A program made the position numbers and the translations under genes. From assembly GCF_006345805.1 (NCBI RefSeq), contig NW_021836156.1:1-64000 (forward strand): a stretch of 64,000 nucleotides of DNA. The letters run 5' to 3'. The notes beneath the pieces were generated by a model. That model worked only from the letters and a program-made list of their open reading frames with translations. It was not told where the DNA came from and made no database searches. Source of the DNA: Octopus sinensis. Lineage: Eukaryota. Below, one piece after another: positions 55,707-64,000 of this stretch. Within the stretch, counting starts at the first letter, position 1, and every line of letters begins with the position of its first letter.

Positions 55707-55771
<65 letters not shown>

Positions 55772-56703
55772 GATAGATAGATAGATAGATAGACAGTTAT
55801 AGATTGAGAAACGAAATATACATAAGACAGATATGAAGACCAACATCACGCATACACACACACTCGTACACACACATACACACACACTCTCTCTCACATG
55901 CGCGCACATATAAAGGGAGAGTTGGCGGGGAGAGAGAAATGTTCCTTCCCTATGAAGGGATTTTTTAAATCTCATCAAGGCCCTGCCCACAAGGATCCAA
56001 TTGAAGATCCTGAAGGGCAGGACTAGATTAGTGCCGCAACTGGAGTTGGGAGGAGGGACAAAATGTTGACAAATAAAATAGATGAGGTGACAGATATAAG
56101 GGACACACCAACTTTTGTTTTATTTCATTTCTTTGTTGTTGTTGTTGTTGTTGTCATTGTCTTTCCTACTAAGGGCGGGGGTGGTGTTGTAAGGGTAGGA
56201 GGAAGGATTTATTTATTTATTATTACTTTTGTCTTGCCTTAAGGGGTTGGCGCTCTTCAATATTATAAGGTCACACGGTGTCAGGTTGGGGGTTACGGAG
56301 TAGGGGATAAGGGTGGCTAATTAACAACAAACTCCTCTATACCTCCCGTCCTCCCTCTTGCTCTATCTCTCCTTCTTTCTCTGAAAGGTGCGCACATACA
56401 CACACATATACACAAACACACACACACACACCGCACGCCCATAAATACACATACACATACTTGCATACGCACAGATACATATACAGATGCATAGAAACTC
56501 ACAGAAATATATACACACAAACTAATGCAGATAAGCATGCATAGATACATGCATACATAATTAGAGATATATTTACATGCATGCATACACAAATATATAC
56601 ATAAACATAAATACATACAAACACACTCACAAGATCATATATGTATACATTTTTATTTTATTTAGTTTCAGCTCACAAGCTGTGGCCATCCTGGGGCACC
56701 GCC

Positions 56704-56734
<31 letters not shown>

Positions 56735-56735
56735 A

Positions 56736-56768
<33 letters not shown>

Positions 56769-56770
56769 CT

Positions 56771-56836
<66 letters not shown>

Positions 56837-56839
56837 AGG

Positions 56840-56927
<88 letters not shown>

Positions 56928-57977
56928 CACACAAATTCATAAAATCATACATTATGACACACGCACACATACACACGCACACACACCCGCATACACACAA
57001 TCACATACTCGTACGATCATTTGTATAGAAATACATGCACAAAGATGTAAGCATGCACATCACCTCATACACACACACATACTGATACTCATACAGTTAT
57101 GTACATACATATACATTTACACATACAAACACGCACACACTCATACAGTCATTTACATAGAAATGCAAGCATACACACATACATACAAACGTACACACAT
57201 ATGCTTTTACACAGAGGTACTCGGATATAACGCGGAGTGGGCAGGGTAAGTGAAAGTGTCTTGTTTGATGTCTATTTACACTCTGAGTTTGATTGAGTAC
57301 TTAGTTTCCATCCCTGATGGGGTGTCTACTTAATGACAGGGGTCAGGTTAGCAGTGACGACGGCGGCGGTGATAGTAGTAGTGGTTGTAGTGGTGGTGGA
57401 GGTGGTTGTAATGGTAGCGGTAGTAGTGGTGGTTGGTAGTGAAGCTGGTTGTTGCGATGATATTAGTGGTAGTGGTGGCGGTGATGGTGGTGGCGGTGGT
57501 AGTGGTGATGGCTGTTGCAATGATATTGGAGGTAATGGTGTGAATAACGGTGGTGATGGTAGTCTTTGTAATGGTATTGGAGCTGGCAGCGTTGATAGTG
57601 GTGGTGGTGATGGTAGTTGTAGTGGGGGTAGTGTTGTTGTTGGTGTTGTTGTTGGTGTTGTTGTTGGTGTTGTTGGTGGTGTTGGTGTTGGTGTTGTTGG
57701 TGTTGGTGGTGGTTATGGTAGTGACACTACAGCTGCAAAGGTTGTGATGGTGTTCGTTCGTAATAGTGGCGGCGGCGGTGATGGTTTTGTGGTAGTAGCG
57801 AGAAATGTGAAAGTGGTGGTAAGGATAACGCCAGTGGTATCATAGTGATAGTAGTAGCGGTTGTAGTAGAGCTAACAATGATAGTAGTATTGGCGGTGGA
57901 GGTGATAAAATACTGGTGTGCTTGTAGGTCTTGGTTGTAGTATAGGTAATTACTGTAATGGTGATGTTGGTATAGAT

Positions 57978-58330
57978 CAAGGGTCCTCAACCATTTTTTT
58001 ACCTATGGACTCCTTTCATTTCTATTTTATTCTGGTAGACCCCAATAGCCATTCGATGTTTAAAATCTAGTTTTATAGAAACTTCTTTCGAAATTCCTAT
58101 TTTGCTTCTCATGCATTGATTTGTGTAAGGTTGAACCATGCAAAATGTTAGAGAGGGAAACCTTCTTGTTTCTTGTAATACATATATTTAAAGCAGAGGT
58201 TTTTGCGGGGTCATGTAAAATACTATTGTGGATCTCCAATTTACCATCTTGCTATGTGGACCACCGAAAACCTTATATGGTCCCCCGCTGAGGGTGGGGG
58301 GGCATATGAACCCCCGATTGAGAACCACTG
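57978..58330. mobile_element. hAT (Charlie-like) MITE with 8-bp TSD
   Basis: TSD GTATAGAT at 57970-57977 and 58331-58338; TIRs CAAGGGTCCTCAA / TTGAGAACCACTG. Confidence 0.88.
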
Positions 58331-58447
58331 GTATAGATGATAGTTGTGCTGTTGGTGGTAGTAGTCGTAATAATGTGCTTAAAATTATTTACTGGTGAAG
58401 CCCTTAGCTTTTGTTATAACATGTCTCTTTGAGATCATTCTCATGCT

Positions 58448-58614
58448 CAGGAGTGGCTGTGTAGTAAGTAGCTTGCCAACCAGCCACATGGTTCCGGGTT
58501 CAGTCCCACTGCGTGGCATCTTGGGCAAGTGTCTTCTGCTATAGCCCCGGGCCGACCAATGCCTTGTGAGTGGATTTGGTAGACGGAAGCTGAAAGAAGC
58601 CTGTCGTATATATG

Positions 58615-58647
<33 letters not shown>

Positions 58648-58960
58648 TTGTGTGTCTGTGTTAGTCCCCCTAGCATTGCTTGACAACCGATGCTGGTGTG
58701 TTTACGTCCCCGTCACTTATCGGTTCGGCAAAAGAGACCGATAAAATAAGTACTGGGCTTACAAAGAATAAGTCCCGGGGTCGATTCGCTCGACTAAAGG
58801 CGGTGCTCCAGCATGGCCGCAGTCAAATGACTGAAACCAGTAAATGACTAAAATAGTAAAGAGTATAATTTCACGCACACACTCGCCTGCGCGCACACTC
58901 ACATACATTCACACACACACACACATGACTGAAACAAGTAAAAGAGTAAGAGTAAAGAGT
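58448..58960 (+). mobile_element. SINE family A with a duplicated tail enclosing a 63-bp foreign segment
   Basis: Complete SINE, then 58846-58908 matching 42330-42392, then a second TGACTGAAACAAGTAAAAGAGT tail. Confidence 0.88.
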
Positions 58961-59461
58961 ATAACGTGGTAGCAAAGAGAAATCATCATCTCCTTCGAAA
59001 TAGTTACCCTGTGTAGTAATAGTAACATACTGGTTCCAGTGTTCTTGAACACTTTTGGAATTTTCTCATTTTTGCCATTTCTCTGCCGTTTTCTAATTTT
59101 AAACCCATCAGAGGAAGATTTGGACTACTAGGTCTATTAACATTGTTCAACAAATTTCAGGGTCAAGAAAAAACATAGTCCTCGTGTACATTTTTTTCTA
59201 TGAAATGAATTCTGCTAAATTCGAAAAATTTCCCATCACGTCACATTTTCTTGTAAATTACCGATTTAATAACTATGCAATTTATACCAATTTCCACGAT
59301 ACCATAAATTTATTTTGCTCCCAAAGTCAGAATAAATATGTACATTGTAATTAATTCATAAATATATAATGAATCGGCATGTTTGTGAGCGTTATATAGG
59401 GTATTAGCCTACTTTTAGTGTTTGCTTCTTCACTTATAAGACGTCTCAGGTGTGTCACGCT

Positions 59462-60760
59462 TCAGGTTCCAGTAGAAGTCAGCCAGCATAGGCATTTCCC
59501 CTTATACCTGTTTTCCGTTGACGCTATATCTTGATGGAACCATTTTCCATGTTCATCACTCACATCTCCTGCATTCTCTGGGAAGAAGAACTGATGAGAA
59601 GGAAGAAAGTGCATCTTCAGTGACATATTGCATCCGAGATCCTGGTAGCTCTTGATTAGGCTCTCCACTATATTCTCTGGGCCATTTGGTGCTTTCTCAG
59701 ATGTCCTTTGCATACACTTTTCGAAGTGCTCATCTTCAAGTAATGCCTCAAGGAGCTTATCATCAAACTCAACTGAACGTCCTGTTCGATCTTCATTTTA
59801 AGGCTGAAATTTCCACTTCTGAATTTTGCAAACCTCTTCTGCAAGTTCTTTCATTCAAGCATTATTTCCCATAAACCTTTTCGAAGTCCTCATCAGGTAT
59901 AAGTTAACGAATCTGAGGGCTTACGCATATGCCCCCTTTAATCTTAGCATCACTTATTTTAGGGAAGATTGACTTGAGGTACTGGAAACAGCTTGTTATG
60001 TTGCAGTGCTTTGGTAAATTGCTTCATTAGGCCTAGTTTCATATGTAGTGATGGCAAAATGACTTTCTCTTTCTTAACTAGTGGCTCATGATTTACATTA
60101 TAACATTCAGGAATCATAGTTTTCCGAAGTGGCCATTCTGAGCGCACATAATCTTCTAATCTGGGTTTACTGTCCCATTTGCAAAGGAAGCTCATAAACT
60201 TGGTGTATCCAGTTTGTAGCCCATTAAGTGGGGCTATTATTTTCAAGTCCACACAAATTAGCCACTCATGCCCCGTATAACTTATGCGGTCTAGAATAAA
60301 AGCGAGGTTCTTATATGTCTCTCTTAAAATGACTGAGTAAGCAATTAGCACTAAAGGCATGGTGTTCTCAATGTGGAGCAGAACCGTTTTTATGCTGTAA
60401 AGGGATGCAACTATGAATAACCTTCCCTCATTTGGATCATAGGTCAGCTCAAGGGCCTTAAATAGGTCCCTGATATCACTACAATAAGTAAAGTTGTTTT
60501 CCAAAGGGAAAAATTGCTGTAGATCTGCAGAACGCTTCCTAAACACAGTAATTCGAGCATCGTTATCCAACAGGTTCCAATGTTGCAGACGTGAGTTTAG
60601 GACTTCACTCGGTTGCTTAGTAAGTGTTAGATCACGTACTAAATCATTGAGTTCAGGTTGGGTGATGAAGTGTAGCTTTTTTGTCAGATTTACCACGAAT
60701 TTGGACCCATCTAACTATAAAAATATTGAGTGTACTTTTATAATTTTCATAGGTTAAGTT
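59462..60760 (-). mobile_element. Degraded DNA transposase, probably Chapaev3/CMC type (Transib/RAG-related)
   Basis: ELNDLVRDLTL..RLQHWNLL, EGRLFI..SIKTVLLH, DLKII..GLQTGYTK..FLCKWDSK, LHMKLGLMKQF, GCNMSLKMHFL..SDEHGKWFHQDI; superfamily assignment from memory of the family, not searched. Confidence 0.7.
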
Positions 60761-60908
60761 GACAAGTACCTTAGGAACACCTGTATTAAAATTATATAAC
60801 AATCCTATCATAACTTTTAGAGTTGTCAGTTTCGACCCAACCCTCTTTGCACTCAATTCCTACTGAACCATGAGTGTATTTAACGTAAGATGGTAATTTA
60901 CTAGAAAA

Positions 60909-61295
60909 TGGATGGAAGCACTCCGTCGATTACGACGGCAAGGGTTCCGGTTGATCCGATCAACGGAACAGCCTGCTCGTGAAATTAACGTGTAAGTGGC
61001 AGAGCACTCCACAGACACGTGTACCCTTAACGTAGTTCTCGGGGATATTCAGCGTGACACAGAGAGTGACAAGGCCGGCCCTTTGAAATACAGGTACAAC
61101 AGAAACAGGAAGTAAGAGTGAGAGAAAGTTGTGGTGAAAGAGTACAGCAGAGATCACCACCATCCCCTGCCGGAGCCTCGTGGAGCTTTTAGGTGTTTTC
61201 GCTCAATAAACACTCACAACGCCCGGTCTGGGAATCGAAACCGTTATCCTACGACCGCGAGTTCGCTGCCCTAACCACTGGGCCATTGCGCCTCC
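60909..61295 (-). mobile_element. SINE family C, full length
   Basis: Reverse complement of 26702-27088. Confidence 0.9.
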
Positions 61296-61691
61296 CCCTA
61301 CTAGAAAATAGAGGATCACAGAAAGAAACGGATGTTAAATTCGTGATCTACACACACGATGCCTCTAGAAAATGTTATTCTCATTTCCGTTTTTTTTTGT
61401 TTTCATTGTTATACAGTGTGATTCTTACTCTTTTACTTGTTTCAGTCATTTGACTGCGGCCATGCTGGAGCACCGTATTATAGAGCTTTCATCGAACGAT
61501 CGACCTCAGGACTCATGTTTTTAAAACCTATTACTTACTCTATCGATTCTTTTGCCGGACCGTCAAGTTACGGGGACGTATACACAACAGCACCGGTTAT
61601 CAAGTGGTGATGACGGGTGGACAAACAGAGACACAAAGCCACACGCACGCACACACACACACACACACATTTACACACATAAATTTATATG

Positions 61692-62060
61692 TGAGGATAT
61701 TATTTTTTATGATAATACCAGTGGCTTAGTATGTGTAAAAACACAACGGTAAAAAATATCAATTAATAATTAAGGGTACAAGCAAGCAGTACTGGTATGC
61801 TAAACATAGCAGTCAAATGACCAAAACGCCAATTTTCATTTAAACTTCGCCATTGGTACGGGGTGTGGTTTTTTTTATTCATTTGCCCGCTTTCACCTTT
61901 GTGTTTACGTGAAAATTTCTGTTTTGGTCATTTTCACTGCTATGTTTAGCATGCCGGTACTGCTTGTTAGTACCCTTAATTATTAATTGATATTTTTTTT
62001 TTACCGTTATGGGTTTTTTTACGCATGCTACGCCACTGATATTATTATAAACAACGATAT
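61692..62060. mobile_element. Foldback/MITE-like element (~135-bp arms), with a third partial arm at ~62300-62375
   Basis: GTGAGGATAT..GACCAAAAC is complementary to GTTTTGGTC..ATATCCTCA. Confidence 0.75.
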
Positions 62061-62376
62061 CCTCATATATTTAAATAATTTTTATTCACCTCGATCACCT
62101 TTTAAAAATTTACTGCGGTATTAAAAACGGGCATCGTATAAATTGGTGAGATGAATACTCTCCATAACCCTGGGGTTAGTAAGACTCGCTGAAGATGCAC
62201 GAAGGATTTTTCTCAAAGTTGAAATCACGGTGAAATGGGTATGTCTGGCCTTTTCAATTTCCTATTATTTCCGTCATTTGTACGGGGTTTGGGGAGTGAA
62301 AATTTGTGGTTTGGCCATTTTGACTGCTATATTTAGCATGCCGGTACTGTTTGTTTAGTAACCTTAATTATTAATA

Positions 62377-62389
62377 TTGCTTCGGTAGT

Positions 62390-62429
<40 letters not shown>

Positions 62430-62479
62430 GGCCCCTATGCAAGGATGACACGCAAATTCGCGAAGCGTTCCATATTTTT
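62377..62479 (+). ncRNA. U6: U6 snRNA copy, probably a retroposed pseudogene
   Basis: TTGCTTCGGTAGTACATATACTAAAATTGGAACGATACAGAGAAGATTAGCATGGCCCCTATGCAAGGATGACACGCAAATTCGCGAAGCGTTCCATATTTTT; ACAGAGA box intact; a few substitutions versus metazoan U6. Confidence 0.95.
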
Positions 62480-62844
62480 AACTTAAAGGCGGTGCTCCAG
62501 TATGGCCACAGTCAAATGACTGAAACAAGTAAAAGAGTATATATATATATATAAATATAAGACGAGCTTCTTTCAGTTTCCGTATACCAAATATACCCAC
62601 AAGGTTTTGGTCGGCGCAAAGCTATAGTAGAAGATACTTCTCCAAAGTGTCACGCAGTGGGAGTGAGCCCAGAACCATGTGATTTGGAACCAAACTGTTA
62701 CCATACAGCCACGACTGCGCCTAGTAAAATCTTTTTGGTCGGCGTGCTAGCGACTCTACCAGATCAAAGTTTTCGAGCTCTTTCTACTTCGTATAGTGAG
62801 CCCTGGAAGTATTTGTATATCCAAATCTCTGTCTAATTCTTTTC

Positions 62845-63055
62845 TACTCTAGGCACAAGGCCCGAAATTTTTGGGTGGAAGGAGCGGCTAGTCGATTAGA
62901 TCGACCACAGTACGCAACTGGTATTTGATTTATCGACCCCAAAAGGATGATAGGCAAAGTGAACCTCGGTGGATTTGAACTCAGAACGTAACGACAGACG
63001 AAATACTGCTAAGCATTTCGCCCAGCATGCTAACATACGTGCTAGCTCGCTGCCT
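62845..63055 (-). mobile_element. SINE family B
   Basis: Reverse complement of the family B consensus. Confidence 0.85.
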
Positions 63056-64000
63056 TCGACTCTCTGCCTAATTACATATATATGGACACACACACACACA
63101 CACACACAAAGAAAAGAAAAAGATTAGCAATATTAGCACTGAAGTAGGCTAAACACAGCAAGGTGGTGCCTCAGCCTGGCCGCAGCCCAATGGCTATAAC
63201 GAGTAAAAGATATGTGTGTGTGTGTGAAAATGTATGTATTTATGTATGCGTGTGTCTGTGTATACATATATATATCTCACTCTTTCCGGTCTCAACATTG
63301 GTGATTACTCTCTCTGTCGCTTTCTCTCTGTCGGTCTCTCTCTCTCTCTCACTCTCTCTCTCTCTCACACACACATGCATACGAATCCGCACACACTACT
63401 TCTACCACTTTTCTCTTTCAGACTAATATTAATCAATAAATGGGTATTAATTGCCATCAACACTCTTCAGTAAGGTCAAAAATCCCTGTATTTGACCTTT
63501 CACTGACATCCAACCATACGGCGCTAAGGGAACGCGGTTTCAAATTCCATCCAGCTCACCTTCAACGAAAAGTAATTTATTTTAATTTATGATATTCATT
63601 ACTATAAAAATGTGTCTGTGCACATCTGTATGTGAGCGTACGTGTGTGTGTGTGTGTGGTGTGTGTGTGTGTGTGTGCGTGTGTATGAGTAGGCGTGTGT
63701 GTGTGTTTGTGTTTGTGTGTGCGTGTATTTATATGTGTTAGTATATGAGTATTTATATATCTTGAGCTCTGAAGACCGGTTTCTGAGATTCCGTGGCGTA
63801 TGGACGTGACGCCAGTGCTTTGCAAGGTTATTCATTTGTCCTAACTGCGTGGGCTGGGGCAATGTAAATAAAATGCTTTGCTCGTGAACACAAGGTATCG
63901 CCCGGTCCAGGAAGCGAAACTACAATCTTACAATCCACATATGAGTACTTAATGCTTGTACACAAATGTTTATTCCTGGGTATGTGTGTATTCATATTCA

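Larger units (their letters stand above)
61425..62722 (-). mobile_element. SINE family A split (3' half 61425-61640, 5' half 62560-62722) by a foldback element and a U6 chimera
   Basis: The two halves match the family A consensus and are separated at the internal microsatellite. Confidence 0.75.

Noticed and set aside
57215-57245. Plus-strand 31-nt micro-exon (ACAG..CAGG/GTAAGT)
   Set aside because: A single short motif match expected by chance, with no other supporting plus-strand exons
62300-62479. Functional U6 gene
   Set aside because: No TATA at about -30, the upstream sequence is a MITE arm, there are substitutions versus conserved U6, and it is fused to a retroposon tail
63760-63790. 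Hammerhead-like GAA-ACCGGT-C on the minus strand
   Set aside because: No CTGANGA core at the required upstream position

Overview
AT-rich eukaryotic intergenic or intronic DNA. The very high microsatellite density and the tRNA-derived SINE families suggest an octopus/cephalopod genome (inference). No intact cellular protein-coding gene is supported; almost all ORFs in the track are microsatellite or TE artefacts. Content: at least four SINE families, often nested or multimeric; truncated LINEs of CR1, Tx1/L1 and R4/Dong type; mariner, maT and Chapaev3-like transposase remnants; hAT and Helentron-like MITEs; and several foldback elements. Highlights: (1) Several hammerhead ribozyme motifs from different Penelope-type families. 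One is a fully foldable type I hammerhead at the junction of a ~354-bp direct repeat (retrozyme-like), with a second hammerhead 310 nt downstream. (2) A U6 snRNA copy fused directly to a SINE/CR1-type 3' tail. (3) A SINE subfamily that repeatedly inserts at GGTAYTT, including into itself. (4) A Tx1-like LINE embedded in (TATC)n. (5) A ~1-kb near-perfect Penelope-type palindrome. All coordinates and foldings were done by eye; no searches were run.
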